A model generated the notes under the pieces. That model made no database searches. It was not told the DNA's origin and worked only from the letters and a program-made list of their open reading frames with translations. Below, piece by piece: positions 12,074 to 24,439 of a stretch of 64,000 bases of DNA. Origin of the DNA: an uncultured Clostridia bacterium (GTDB taxonomy: Bacteria > Bacillota > Clostridia > TANB77 > CAG-508); assembly GCA_947623465.1 (NCBI GenBank), contig CANQGU010000002.1:42818-106817 (forward strand), in the 5' to 3' direction. Made by a program: the position numbers and the translations under genes. Position 1 is the stretch's first letter; each line of letters opens with the position of its first letter.

Positions 12074-13231
12074 TTATCCAAAGAATCCTTTTTTCTTTAC
12101 AGGTGGTTGTTCGTTCATAGTTTTTGCAAGAGCAATAAACAAATCTCTTTGCTCTTTTGTTAATCTTTTTGGTGTTTGAACTACGATTTTAAATATAAAA
12201 TTACCTCTAGAGCTTGAATTTATACTGCTAAATCCTTTACCTCTAATTGTAAATTCTGTACCTGTTTGTGTTCCTTCTGGAATTTTATATTTTTCTTTTG
12301 TTCCATCTACCATTGGAATTTCAAGGTCTGTACCTAATGCCGCTTGAGTCATTGTAATTGGTATATTACAATAAACATTATTTCCTTCTCTTGTATAAAT
12401 AGAGCTTTTTCTTACTCTAACTGTTATGTATAAATCTCCTGAAGGTCCTCCTTTTATTCCCGGATTTCCTTCTCCTTTAAGTACTACTGTTTGATTATTG
12501 TTTATTCCTGCTGGAATTTTTACTTTTACCTTTGGTGTTTTTCTAACTGTTCCTTTTCCATGACAATTTTCACATGGTTCTTTAATTATTTCTCCTGTTC
12601 CACGACATTCATTACATGTTCTTGTTGTTTGTACTCTACCTAGTATTGTGTTTTGGAAAGTTGTAACTTGCCCTGTTCCATTGCATGTTGGACATTTAAC
12701 AGGTGAAGTTCCTGCTTTAGCACCTGTTCCATGACAAATACCACATGTTTCTTGCCTTGTAATTGTTATTTCTTTTTCTACTCCTAAAAATGATTCTTCA
12801 AAAGAAATATCTATATTTAAATTTAAATCTTCACCTTTACGAGGTCCATTGTTTCTTCTTGAACTTGCTCTTTGACCTCCAAATCCACCACCAAAAAAGC
12901 TTGAAAATATATCTCCTAAATCTCCAAAATCCCCAAAGTCTGATGAAGTATATTGGTAGTAACCATTTCCACCAAATGGTCCTCCTCCAAATCCTGCCCC
13001 ACTTGGGTCTGCTGTTCCAAATTGGTCATACATTCTTCTTTTTTGAGGGTCAGACAATGTTTCATATGCTTCATTTACTTCTTTAAATTTAGCTTCTGCT
13101 TCTTTTTTATTATCTGGATTAGCATCAGGGTGGTATTTTTTCGCAAGTTTACGATATGCTTTTTTTAGCTCATCATCTGTTGCATTTTTATTTACTCCTA
13201 ATACCTCGTAATAATCTTTTTTATTTGGCAT
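12074..13231 (-). CDS. dnaJ: Molecular chaperone DnaJ
   Basis: J-domain HPD motif (KKYHPD), G/F-rich region and four CxxCxGxG zinc-finger repeats. Confidence 0.95.
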   Translation of the reverse strand: MPNKKDYYEVLGVNKNATDDELKKAYRKLAKKYHPDANPDNKKEAEAKFKEVNEAYETLSDPQKRRMYDQFGTADPSGAGFGGGPFGGNGYYQYTSSDFGDFGDLGDIFSSFFGGGFGGQRASSRRNNGPRKGEDLNLNIDISFEESFLGVEKEITITRQETCGICHGTGAKAGTSPVKCPTCNGTGQVTTFQNTILGRVQTTRTCNECRGTGEIIKEPCENCHGKGTVRKTPKVKVKIPAGINNNQTVVLKGEGNPGIKGGPSGDLYITVRVRKSSIYTREGNNVYCNIPITMTQAALGTDLEIPMVDGTKEKYKIPEGTQTGTEFTIRGKGFSSINSSSRGNFIFKIVVQTPKRLTKEQRDLFIALAKTMNEQPPVKKKGFFG

Positions 13232-13340
13232 TTTTTCCTCCCATTAGTCTAAAAAACAAACTTTAAAATTTGTTTGTATATAATATTTATTAAAGTTTAA
13301 GGTTGGACTTGCATTTTGCCCTTCCAACCTTTTAAAAGTT

Positions 13341-15257
<1,917 letters not shown>

Positions 15258-15275
15258 TTACATAATTAACATTTT

Positions 15276-15794
15276 TTATTGATTAACTACCACCATTGAG
15301 TGGCGAATAACTTTACTTCCTATTTTATAACCTTTTCTGAATTCTTGTACAATTTCTTGGCTTTCTTTTGTAGCATCTTGTACACTACTTACTGCCTCAT
15401 GAAGTCCTGGGTCGAAAGTTTCCCCAACTGTTGGAATTTCTTCTACATTGTGTTTTTTTAGAAATTCCTTAAATTGTTTTTCTACAAGTTCTACTCCTTG
15501 CTTGTAACTTTCATCTTTGCATTCTGCCTTTACAGCATTTTCTAAATTATCTATTGCAGGAAGCATTCCTAATATTATATCCCCTAAAACTAAATTATAT
15601 AAGCCTTCTCTTTCTTTTTGGCTTCTTTTTTTGAAATTTTCAAATTCTGCCAAGATTCTTTTATATCTGTCATTTAGTTCTTCATATTCTGCTTTTACTT
15701 CTGCATTAGTTTTTTCTTTTTCGTCTTTTATTTCTTCTTTTATATCATTTGTTTCTTCATTTTCTATCTCTTGCTTTTCCTCTTTTTCTCCCAT
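15276..15794 (-). CDS. grpE: Nucleotide exchange factor GrpE
   Basis: Acidic coiled-coil N-terminus and conserved GrpE C-terminal beta domain; positioned between hrcA and dnaK. Confidence 0.9.
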   Translation of the reverse strand: MGEKEEKQEIENEETNDIKEEIKDEKEKTNAEVKAEYEELNDRYKRILAEFENFKKRSQKEREGLYNLVLGDIILGMLPAIDNLENAVKAECKDESYKQGVELVEKQFKEFLKKHNVEEIPTVGETFDPGLHEAVSSVQDATKESQEIVQEFRKGYKIGSKVIRHSMVVVNQ

Positions 15795-15874
15795 ACAGAC
15801 TCCTTTCTTCCTACTTTACATTTTAGCAGTTTATTTGTGTCTTTGCTAAATCTTTATATATAATATAACTTTAT

Positions 15875-15901
15875 TTAGCACTTGTCAAGTGTTTTTGCTA
15901 A
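15875..15901. promoter_or_regulatory. Degenerate CIRCE (HrcA operator), TTAGCACTT-N9-TTTTGCTAA, between hrcA and grpE. The -35 TTGACA sits inside the element, with a TATTAT -10 17 nt downstream on the minus strand.
   Basis: Matches the CIRCE consensus TTAGCACTC-N9-GAGTGCTAA at 8/9 + 6/9 positions. Confidence 0.55.
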
Positions 15902-15924
15902 TTTTTTTATTATATAAAAATGTC

Positions 15925-15974
15925 AAAAAAGCACGTCCCAAATGACATCAAAAAAGGACGTCCCAAATAACACG
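15925..15974. repeat. Two tandem 25-nt direct repeats (aaaaaagcacgtcccaaatgacatc / aaaaaaggacgtcccaaataacacg) with a palindromic GGACGTCC core, just downstream of the hrcA stop and upstream of the CIRCE/grpE promoter.
   Basis: 21/25 identity between adjacent copies, read directly. Confidence 0.5.
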
Positions 15975-15976
15975 CC

Positions 15977-16993
15977 CTATTTTCCTTCATTAAGTTTTTT
16001 GCTTATATATTTCATAACAGAAATAACTTTAGAATAGTCCATCCTTTTTGGACCGATTATTCCTATTGTTCCCATATCCTTGTTGCCTACTTTGTGTTTA
16101 AAAGTAATTACACTAAAATCTTGTAGCTCTTCTTTTTCGTCTTCTCCACCTATATACACATTTATATCTTCGGCAAAGCCTGAATTTAACATATCTGCAA
16201 TTAACTCTTTTTCATCTAAAATATTTACAAAGTTTTTTGCAACTTGAAGACTATTAAATTCTGGTAAATCAAGTTCTTTTCTCGCTCCATGTAAATGAAT
16301 TTCTGAATCTTCAAATAAAACTTTTTTTATTTGAGTTATAATTGGTTTTATTACCCTTACCATATCAGACATTTCTTTATATAAATATTCTTCTAAAGGT
16401 ACATCTATGGTTTCTATTGGCTGTTTTTTTAACTTATTGTTAAACATATAGTTTATTGTTTCTACTTGCTTTTCTGTTATATCTTCATCAAATTTTATTA
16501 TTGTTTCTTTTACCATACCACTATCTGTCATTATAACTGCAAGTAGCATCCTTGATCCAAGTAAAACAAATTTTATTTCTTGAATTATTTGTTCATTTGC
16601 TTTTGGTCCTATTGTAACTGTTGTGTAATGAGTAATTTCTGAAATTGTATTTGCTGTAATTTTAGTTAAATCCTCTATTTCATTTACTTTTGTTTCTAGT
16701 TTGTCACTTATATATTTAACTTCTTCTAAACTTATATTATCATCTTTTAGAAGTTCATCAACATAGTATCTGTAACCTTTTGCAGATGGCACTCTTCCGC
16801 TAGATGTATGCATTTTATCTAGCAGACCTTTTTTTTCAAGGTCTGCCATTTCATTTCTTATTGTTGCACTACTACAGTTTAAATCATATTTAGTTATTAA
16901 AGCATTTGAACTTACTGGCTCTGCTGTATTTATATATTCTTCTACAATAGCTTGTAATACTTTCTTTTTTCTACCATCTAACATTTTATTCAC
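15977..16993 (-). CDS. hrcA: Heat-inducible transcription repressor HrcA
   Basis: N-terminal wHTH (RKKKVLQAIVEEYINTAEPVSSNAL) and HrcA C-terminal domain; adjacent to grpE-dnaK-dnaJ. Confidence 0.9.
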   Translation of the reverse strand: MNKMLDGRKKKVLQAIVEEYINTAEPVSSNALITKYDLNCSSATIRNEMADLEKKGLLDKMHTSSGRVPSAKGYRYYVDELLKDDNISLEEVKYISDKLETKVNEIEDLTKITANTISEITHYTTVTIGPKANEQIIQEIKFVLLGSRMLLAVIMTDSGMVKETIIKFDEDITEKQVETINYMFNNKLKKQPIETIDVPLEEYLYKEMSDMVRVIKPIITQIKKVLFEDSEIHLHGARKELDLPEFNSLQVAKNFVNILDEKELIADMLNSGFAEDINVYIGGEDEKEELQDFSVITFKHKVGNKDMGTIGIIGPKRMDYSKVISVMKYISKKLNEGK

Positions 16994-17019
16994 ATTCCTT
17001 CTTTTGGTTAGAAAATAAG

Positions 17020-19320
17020 TTATTTTAATTCATTTACTTCTATATTTCTAACTATAATTTCAGAAAAATCATCTTCAGTATCTTCAAATTCTAATTTATT
17101 TAACCTTTTTTTATTTTTTTCTTTTATATCTAGTTTAGATAAATCAATTAATATTTTTGAAGATAAATTCATTCCAACAGGTAAAGTCATATTTTTATTA
17201 TCATAAAATATAATATTTGTAAATGCTATAAAATTCATACCTTTAGGTAATTTTATTTTGTATAAATAAATTTTTTCATTTAATTTATTTGTTTTTAAAA
17301 ATTGATTTAATTCTTTTTCTGGATCTAGTGATACAGTCTCAAATGTATTGAATTCCATATTTGAAGAAGTTGCTTTATATACATACATATCTTCTTTTAA
17401 TGCATTTTTCTTCATTGCAGTTTTTAAATTTTTTATTACATCTTCTAAATGTTTTTTTAATTCTACACCTTTTGAGCCTTTTTCTATTTCCAATATTGCA
17501 AACTTATCTCTTGGTGCTTCTCTATGTGTTTTGTTTCCAATTGTCCTTTCTTTATTACTTGTTTGTTTTATTCTTCCAAAGATGTTGAAAGCTTCGTCAT
17601 CATCATCTTCTTCGTCATCATCTTTTGCTTTAGATAATTTAATTTTTTTAAGTGCTTCAGAAATATCCTTATTTTCTGCAACTTTTAAGTTTATTTTGTT
17701 TATAATAGATAAAATACTTGTAGTTGCAATAAAGCTACTATCTAATTCACTATCTGTAAATTTCTTTCTCTGATTTTTATCTGCTGATGCACCAAATTTT
17801 TCAAAATCATCTTCATAATTGAAAACTTTTTCTATTTTCTTTACATTAAGTTCTTCTTCTTCGCCCTCATCTAGTGTTGCAACAGAATCTTTATTTGAAT
17901 ATTTCCAAAATTCAAATATGCTCTTTTTGTGTTTATTTATTTCTTCAATATATTTGCTTGCATTTTCTATCTTCTTTTTTAAGTTTTTATTTTTTAATTT
18001 TAGAGCATTAATGTCCATAACTTTGTTTTTTATTAGTTCTTCTTTTTCGTCTAGTTCTTTATAACTTTGTTCTAGCTCATAAAGTGTATAATTTCTTTCT
18101 TCAAGTTTAAATCTTTCTTTTTTATGTTTTTCTTGATGTTCATTAATGTCTTCTTGTATTTCTTCATCATTATATTTCTCATCTTTTGCTTTTTTAGTTT
18201 TGCCTAATTTAAAGAAGTATTTTACTTTACCAAAAAAAGTTTTTTTACATTCTAAATATGTTGTTATTTGTTTTTCTTTTGCAACATATTCCTTTTCTAA
18301 ACTACTTGCTTCTTTTTGTAAATTTGTTAGTTTTGTATCTAATTCTTCTAAATCTGTTACAGCTTTATTTTTTAAACTAACAGATTTTGAATACTGCTCC
18401 ATAATAAAATCTGGTAGAAGCTCATATTTTATATTAGTTTTATCTAAGTAAAATTGAATCTCAGCATTTCTATTTATATTTGTTTGAAATTGGTAGTAAT
18501 GTGGTATTTCAGTTTGCATTATGAATAAAGCTTTTAATAATTTATAAAATTTATCTCCTTCTTTAGGAGTAGATAATTTAACTTTATACATAGTTTTTAT
18601 TTTCTCGTATATTTCGGTTTCTCCTATAATATTTAAAGTTACATCTCCTACTTTATCATACACTTCATATATTAAAGGATAATCTTTAGTAAATAGCCAT
18701 AAATAATTTTCTAAATCTTTTATTTCATCTCTACCTAAAATTTTTCCCTCATAATCTACAACACTTACAGGCACAAATATTCTATTACTTTTTTTATTTT
18801 CTATTTTCTTTTTTAATAAATAGAAAAATGTAGAATAGTCAGAATCTTCTGTTGGAACAAGCATGAAGTATTTATTTGATACTTCTGAATAATATATTTG
18901 CCATAAATAATTTCCTGTAAATTTTACTTTAAATGGAATTTGCCTTGAAAGTTCTTTTTGTTCCTTTTCTACTGCTTCTATTGCTGGAATACTTGTTTTA
19001 TTTAACATACTTAAAAATGTAGTATGATTTAATATGTTTTCTTCGTTATTACTATCTAAATAAAAACATAAAGGTTCCGCATTTTCATATTTTTCTTTTA
19101 TTGAATCCATCCTGTTTGTTGGTGATAGTAAAATTTCAATATCACTTACATTTATATATCTGTATTGCTTATATTTCTTTTCATTATATCCTTTTACTGT
19201 TCTAAAATTTATTTTTGTGTATTCTTTTAAATTATCTGGAATTTTATTTAAATCCAATCCTATATAATCTAATAATTCTTGTATTTTAGAATCAATAACT
19301 ACTTTCTTTTTTCTAGGCAA
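17020..19320 (-). CDS. Large hypothetical protein (766 aa), coiled-coil/Lys-Glu-rich with an acidic DDDEEDDDDE tract; no recognisable catalytic motif.
   Basis: Long ORF with consistent codon usage, immediately upstream of hrcA with a 26-nt gap, so likely co-transcribed. Confidence 0.5.
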   Translation of the reverse strand: MPRKKKVVIDSKIQELLDYIGLDLNKIPDNLKEYTKINFRTVKGYNEKKYKQYRYINVSDIEILLSPTNRMDSIKEKYENAEPLCFYLDSNNEENILNHTTFLSMLNKTSIPAIEAVEKEQKELSRQIPFKVKFTGNYLWQIYYSEVSNKYFMLVPTEDSDYSTFFYLLKKKIENKKSNRIFVPVSVVDYEGKILGRDEIKDLENYLWLFTKDYPLIYEVYDKVGDVTLNIIGETEIYEKIKTMYKVKLSTPKEGDKFYKLLKALFIMQTEIPHYYQFQTNINRNAEIQFYLDKTNIKYELLPDFIMEQYSKSVSLKNKAVTDLEELDTKLTNLQKEASSLEKEYVAKEKQITTYLECKKTFFGKVKYFFKLGKTKKAKDEKYNDEEIQEDINEHQEKHKKERFKLEERNYTLYELEQSYKELDEKEELIKNKVMDINALKLKNKNLKKKIENASKYIEEINKHKKSIFEFWKYSNKDSVATLDEGEEEELNVKKIEKVFNYEDDFEKFGASADKNQRKKFTDSELDSSFIATTSILSIINKINLKVAENKDISEALKKIKLSKAKDDDEEDDDDEAFNIFGRIKQTSNKERTIGNKTHREAPRDKFAILEIEKGSKGVELKKHLEDVIKNLKTAMKKNALKEDMYVYKATSSNMEFNTFETVSLDPEKELNQFLKTNKLNEKIYLYKIKLPKGMNFIAFTNIIFYDNKNMTLPVGMNLSSKILIDLSKLDIKEKNKKRLNKLEFEDTEDDFSEIIVRNIEVNELK

Positions 19321-19407
19321 TTTACTTACTTCCTTTCTTTATGTTATTTTCTCCCAATATTTTTATATACTTTTTTATAAAAATTTTTTTCATTATGTAT
19401 TTCTATT

Positions 19408-21843
19408 TTACTTTTTTATTACTTTAAATGCAATTACACTCATATCATCTTTTACTTTTCCATACGAATTGTCTATTGCTTCATTTAAAATAATATCTGA
19501 AATTTTTTGCGGATTTGTATTTTCCATATCTTCAAGTAGATATTTTACCCATAATTCTTTATTTTTATATTCTACATTTGAATCTAAAATACCATCACTT
19601 ATCATTACAATTATGTCATTATTTTCAATATCTTTATCAAAAACATCTGCACTTGCTTCTTTTACTACACCTGTAGGTAATGTTAATGATTTTATTATGT
19701 GTATTTTCTTTTTGTTTTTTATGTATGTAGGGCAAGCCCCATTTTTTATAAATTCTATATTTCCTTTATATAAGTCTACTATTGCTATATCTAATGTTGC
19801 ATATACATCTTCTGAAATATTTAATAAATTAGAATTTATTAAATCTACTGATGTATCTCTTTCAAAACCTGAGTCTAATAATCTTTTTAACATACTTATT
19901 ACTACTTGGCTACTTTTTTTAGCATCAGGTCCTGAGCCCATTCCATCACTTATTGCAATTAAGTATTTTCCATCTTTTAATTTTGTTTGAATTATACTAT
20001 CACCTGAAACAGGCATTTCGTCTTTTATTGCAATACTGTGTCCAATATCTAGTAAGTATTTATTATCAGATAATATATCATATCTTATAACATTTTCTTC
20101 TTTTATTTCTTCGTATTTTGTAATTATAACTTTTTCTTCTAAGATTTTATCTAATATATTTAAAATTGTTTCTTCTACATCTTCTTTTTCTGTTTTTTCA
20201 ATGTATAATTTTATTTTATATGGTTCATTTTCTTTTTTATTATTAATAGAAATTTCTTGTACTAAAATTTCTTTTTGTTTTAATAACTTAATAATTTGTT
20301 CTTTAACTTCTTTATTTAAATCTTCGTTTTTTATTTCTTCATCTATGTTGCTTGCAATGTCTGAAATTGCTTTTGATACCCCATTTAATTGTGATTCGAA
20401 ATTCTTTTTTTCTTCATTTAATCTAATACTCCATATAAAATTCATTTTGCTTACTCTATATGCTGAATTTATGCTACTTGTCATTTTTTCTACATCTCTT
20501 GTAATTTTTTCTTCACTTTCTTTAAATCCTATAACATAATTATTGTTATCAGCCATAATTTTTATTAAGTCTTTTTCTTTAATAAACTGTTTATCCATAA
20601 GTAGTGAAAAAATATCGTCAACTATTTTTCCTTCAACATCTTCTATATTATCGTATAAAATATTATCTTGCATATACTCTATATTATTTAATAGTTCTGT
20701 TATAAATGTTTGTTTGTTTTTTTCTCTTATATCTTCATCACTTATTACTGTTGCAGCTACATTTTTGTAACTATCTGCCATATCTTTTACTGCTTTAGAT
20801 ACATTATTTAGTTGCATTACTGTTTCTTTGCTTGAATTTAAATTTCTAGATGTACTAAATGGTAAAAATTTATTGTTTCCTATTATACTTTCTATATTTA
20901 AATTAATATTTTTTGGTACTACAAGAAGTGCAATTCCAGCAATTAATATTTCTCTAAATAAAATAAGATTTTGTATTAAGCCATTTGCTACATAAGAAAG
21001 TATTACATTTCCTAAAACAAATCCACCAATTACTCCTATTTTTCCAAATTTGTTTAAAATACCTGCAATCATTCCTGAGATTGCGTATGACGCAACAACT
21101 ATTGGCTCATTATTTGCTATAATTCCAAGAGTAACACCAATTGTTGCCCCTGCCGTTGTTCCAACAAGTATTCCATTTTTCCATCCTAAAACTAATACAA
21201 TAAATATTGAAAGGACATTTCTTATAGAAAATCCAAAAATACTTAAGTCTCCAAATGCACATAATGCTATTGATAGAAGTAAACTCATCCCTAAAACTTC
21301 TTCTATAGAAAATGCCATTTTTTCATTGTAATTTACAATTACTGTTAAGGAATTTGCAAATATTTTGTAAAAAATAACTGTTATTATTGACATTGATATT
21401 CCTGTTAATAAATCAAATAATAAAAATTGGTTTATAAAAATTTTTACTATATTTACTATTAAACTTGCAAAAAATATTCGTTTTGCAAGCATTACTTTTT
21501 CGTTTCTAGTTACATCATTGTATCTTGGTTCTTTTATAAAAATACTTGCAAAAAATATTAATAAAGTAACAATATAACTTATAGTGCCAGACATCCCTGA
21601 ACATATAGCGTTTCCTATTAATGATAAAACCAAAATTGCAATTATTGGAATTTCGTTGCTTATTGCTGCTACAACTATTGCTAAACTAAACGGAGATACT
21701 CCATACCCCATATTTACCATAGACACCATAAATACTACTATGTATAAAATTATATACTTCTTTTTAATTACATTTGACAATATATTTTTTGTATTGCCTA
21801 TATTCTCATTTGTTCTTTCTGTTCCACTTAAATTTTGAAACAT
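19408..21843 (-). CDS. spoIIE: Stage II sporulation protein E (multi-TM N-terminus + PP2C serine phosphatase)
   Basis: About 10 predicted TM helices, then PP2C motifs (IAISDGMGSG...DIAIVDL...MISDGILD). Confidence 0.85.
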   Translation of the reverse strand: MFQNLSGTERTNENIGNTKNILSNVIKKKYIILYIVVFMVSMVNMGYGVSPFSLAIVVAAISNEIPIIAILVLSLIGNAICSGMSGTISYIVTLLIFFASIFIKEPRYNDVTRNEKVMLAKRIFFASLIVNIVKIFINQFLLFDLLTGISMSIITVIFYKIFANSLTVIVNYNEKMAFSIEEVLGMSLLLSIALCAFGDLSIFGFSIRNVLSIFIVLVLGWKNGILVGTTAGATIGVTLGIIANNEPIVVASYAISGMIAGILNKFGKIGVIGGFVLGNVILSYVANGLIQNLILFREILIAGIALLVVPKNINLNIESIIGNNKFLPFSTSRNLNSSKETVMQLNNVSKAVKDMADSYKNVAATVISDEDIREKNKQTFITELLNNIEYMQDNILYDNIEDVEGKIVDDIFSLLMDKQFIKEKDLIKIMADNNNYVIGFKESEEKITRDVEKMTSSINSAYRVSKMNFIWSIRLNEEKKNFESQLNGVSKAISDIASNIDEEIKNEDLNKEVKEQIIKLLKQKEILVQEISINNKKENEPYKIKLYIEKTEKEDVEETILNILDKILEEKVIITKYEEIKEENVIRYDILSDNKYLLDIGHSIAIKDEMPVSGDSIIQTKLKDGKYLIAISDGMGSGPDAKKSSQVVISMLKRLLDSGFERDTSVDLINSNLLNISEDVYATLDIAIVDLYKGNIEFIKNGACPTYIKNKKKIHIIKSLTLPTGVVKEASADVFDKDIENNDIIVMISDGILDSNVEYKNKELWVKYLLEDMENTNPQKISDIILNEAIDNSYGKVKDDMSVIAFKVIKK

Positions 21844-22084
21844 TTATATCACCTCATCTTTTTTTAATAACATTTTACTACTTGTCCTTTGCTTATTTTT
21901 GTCATATTTAGTATGCTAGTTAAAAAAAGTTTTCTACATATATTGCCTTTTTTATACTACCCTTCTCTCTTTTGTATATTTTATGTCTTTTATTTTATTA
22001 TAATTTGTCGAAAAATACAATATTTTTTTGAAAAAAATATTAAAGATTATTTTTTTATAAATAAATACTTGTAGTTATTTATTT

Positions 22085-22190
22085 TTAGAGCTTTGGTGTC
22101 GCAACTTTTATATTTAAAAAATATTAATATGAAAGTTGCTCCATGCGCCCTTCACTTCGTTTCGGTTGGTCGCTTACGCAGCTCTTGCAA
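22085..22190. other. GC-rich (~55% vs ~27% background) structured island in the spoIIE upstream region. It contains the hairpin gcaacttt/aaagttgc and a TGTCGCA 0A-box-like heptamer. Function unknown: possible small RNA or regulatory leader.
   Basis: Compositional outlier with internal inverted repeats read from the sequence. Confidence 0.25.
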
Positions 22191-22239
22191 ATAAATAACT
22201 ACAAGCATTTTCTTATTTTATAATTAAATTCTTTAACTT

Positions 22240-22611
22240 TTATTCAAAATATTTCCCTTTATATTTATCTAAAAATTCTTTTATGCTTCCATTTACTAAT
22301 CTACTAAATGATATTCCCGTTTTCTCTTTTATTTTTATTAACTCATCATAAAACTCTTTTCTAAATAAAATTGAACGATATATAGAATCTACTTTATAAG
22401 GCTTTTTATAAAATTTTATATTATCTTTATTTTGTAGTAATGTTTCTACACAAATATTTACTATTTTGCTAATAGAAGTATCAAATACATTATCACAAAT
22501 ATCTTGTAATTTTAAATATAAATCTTCATCTATATGTAAACTTCTTGTAATTATTTCATCTTTTTTATATAGTCTTTGAATTGGTTCCATATTGTACCTC
22601 CTATTATACAT
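22240..22611 (-). CDS. Hypothetical small protein (123 aa); two internal segments resemble ribbon-helix-helix (CopG/Arc-like) folds.
   Basis: ORF with plausible codon usage; weak RHH-like pattern (SFSRLVNGSIKEFL). Confidence 0.4.
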   Translation of the reverse strand: MYNRRYNMEPIQRLYKKDEIITRSLHIDEDLYLKLQDICDNVFDTSISKIVNICVETLLQNKDNIKFYKKPYKVDSIYRSILFRKEFYDELIKIKEKTGISFSRLVNGSIKEFLDKYKGKYFE

Positions 22612-22780
22612 TATTATATGAAAAATTATATAAGATTAACTTATGTAATTATACTAACTTGTTTAGTACATATATGTATAATAAATGGTTTATATTTTCA
22701 TATACCTTATGTCTAAAAAACAAATTATTATATCGATAGAAAAAATAAGCCACAGGCGTTTTTACCTGTGGTTATTCTCA

Positions 22781-23122
22781 TTATTCTGTTTCAGTACTTG
22801 TAGCTTCTTCGTCTGTATTTTCACCTTCTGTACTGTTTTCATTATCTGTTGTTTCTCCTTCTGTTCCTTCTTCTGTTGTATTTTCTTCTGAAGCTTCTTC
22901 TTCTCCTTCAGTGTTTTCATCTGATGTTTCTTCTTCACTATCTGTTTCTTCTGTATTTTCATCTTCTCCTTCTTGCTCTGATTCAGTTGCTTCAACTTCG
23001 TTTGTAGTATTACTTGTGTCTTCTCTATTCATCCAAACAATTCCTATAATTAATAATATTAAAATTACTACCATTGCTAGAATTTTTAATAATTCAATTT
23101 TTGTGTCTTTATCCATTTTCAT
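22781..23122 (-). CDS. Small membrane-anchored protein with a highly acidic E/T/D-rich tail
   Basis: One N-terminal TM helix followed by low-complexity acidic repeats. Confidence 0.4.
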   Translation of the reverse strand: MKMDKDTKIELLKILAMVVILILLIIGIVWMNREDTSNTTNEVEATESEQEGEDENTEETDSEEETSDENTEGEEEASEENTTEEGTEGETTDNENSTEGENTDEEATSTETE

Positions 23123-23245
23123 TCCTCTTTTCTTAATTTTTTCTTAATTCTAACATAAAGTATTATTTTTGGCAAGTGGTATTTTTAGTTTTCACATAAT
23201 ATTTACATTTGTGCATATAAAACATTAAATAATATGCAATAATAT

Positions 23246-23286
23246 TGACTATCTGCATAAAAAGTGTTAAAATATATGCAGATAAG
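23246..23286 (+). promoter_or_regulatory. Sigma-A-like promoter TTGACT-17-TAAAAT overlapped by the palindrome TATCTGCATA-N15-TATGCAGATA. The TATGCAnATAA motif recurs about 5 times across 23200-23310.
   Basis: Hexamers and inverted repeat read directly; ~80 nt upstream of the Fic start. Confidence 0.45.
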
Positions 23287-23364
23287 ACAGAATATATGCA
23301 TATAAAAATTTAAAGAAGGGAGTGTATGATTATTTAAGTTATTAAATATATCATATAAAAAATT

Positions 23365-24426
23365 ATGAGAAAATTTGATTATTCTTTTTTAGATAATGGA
23401 TTATTACCAACAAATTTAATAAATTTAACATCAGTAATATATTCATTAAAAACAGCTTCTAATATTAGAAAAGATGAATTTCAAAAAATATTTACCGAAC
23501 TTGAAAAAATTGCAAAAGTTCAATCTGTTAAAAGCTCTAATGCAATTGAAGGTATTATTACAAGTGATAAACGTATAGCAGAAATTGTAAATCAAAGTAG
23601 TAAACCTTTAAATCATAATGAGGCTGAAATTGCAGGATATAGAGATGCTCTTAATAAAATTCACTTAGAATATAATGATTTAGATTTTACTGAAGATACT
23701 ATATTAAAACTGCATGAAATTATGATGAATTATACAGCTTATGAATTTGCAGGAAAATATAAACAAAATAATAACTATATTATAGAAGAAGATAAAGAAG
23801 GTAATAGAAAGGTTAGATTCACACCGACTTCAGCTAAAGAAACACCTGAAGCTGTAAAGCAATTAGTTCTTGCCTATATGGAAGCAAGAGGAAATTCAAA
23901 TATTAATCAATTACTACTTATCCCCTGTGTTATTTTAGATTTTTTGTGTATTCATCCGTTTAGCGATGGAAATGGTCGTTTATCAAGATTATTATCATTG
24001 CTTCTTTTATATAAAAATGGATTTGATGCAGGAAAATATATATCTTTTGAAGAACAAATAAATAATATGAAGGGATATTATTATGATTCACTAGAGCAAT
24101 CATCTATTGGTTGGGAAGAAAACAAAAATAACTATGTTCCTTTTATAGAAAACTTTTTATCTACACTTTATATGTGTTATAAAGAATTAGATAAAAGATT
24201 TAATGTAGTAAATAGCAAAAAAATTACCAAAACAGCAAGAATTGAAGCAACTATTTTGAATAGTGTTGTTCCTATATCTAAAGCTGAAATTTGCAAAATT
24301 CTTCCTGATGTCAGTCCTACTACTGTTGAGGCTGTTCTTGGTAAAATGATAAAAGAAGGAAGTATTATTCGTATTGGAGAAGCTAGAAGTAGTAAGTATT
24401 TAAAAAAGGAAAGGAAAGATAAATAA
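23365..24426 (+). CDS. Fic family protein (AMPylase-type Fido domain, C-terminal wHTH)
   Basis: Canonical Fic motif HPFSDGNGRLSR; N-terminal MRKFDYS... is typical of this ~350-aa Fic subfamily. Confidence 0.85.
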   Translation: MRKFDYSFLDNGLLPTNLINLTSVIYSLKTASNIRKDEFQKIFTELEKIAKVQSVKSSNAIEGIITSDKRIAEIVNQSSKPLNHNEAEIAGYRDALNKIHLEYNDLDFTEDTILKLHEIMMNYTAYEFAGKYKQNNNYIIEEDKEGNRKVRFTPTSAKETPEAVKQLVLAYMEARGNSNINQLLLIPCVILDFLCIHPFSDGNGRLSRLLSLLLLYKNGFDAGKYISFEEQINNMKGYYYDSLEQSSIGWEENKNNYVPFIENFLSTLYMCYKELDKRFNVVNSKKITKTARIEATILNSVVPISKAEICKILPDVSPTTVEAVLGKMIKEGSIIRIGEARSSKYLKKERKDK

Positions 24427-24439
24427 TAGGAGGCACCGT

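Noticed and set aside
22762-22995. 77-aa K/Q-rich ORF overlapping the acidic membrane-protein gene in another frame
   Set aside because: It is a low-complexity mirror of the E-rich repeats (GAA/GAG read out of frame as AAG/AGA); the 22781-23122 frame with its TM helix is the plausible gene.
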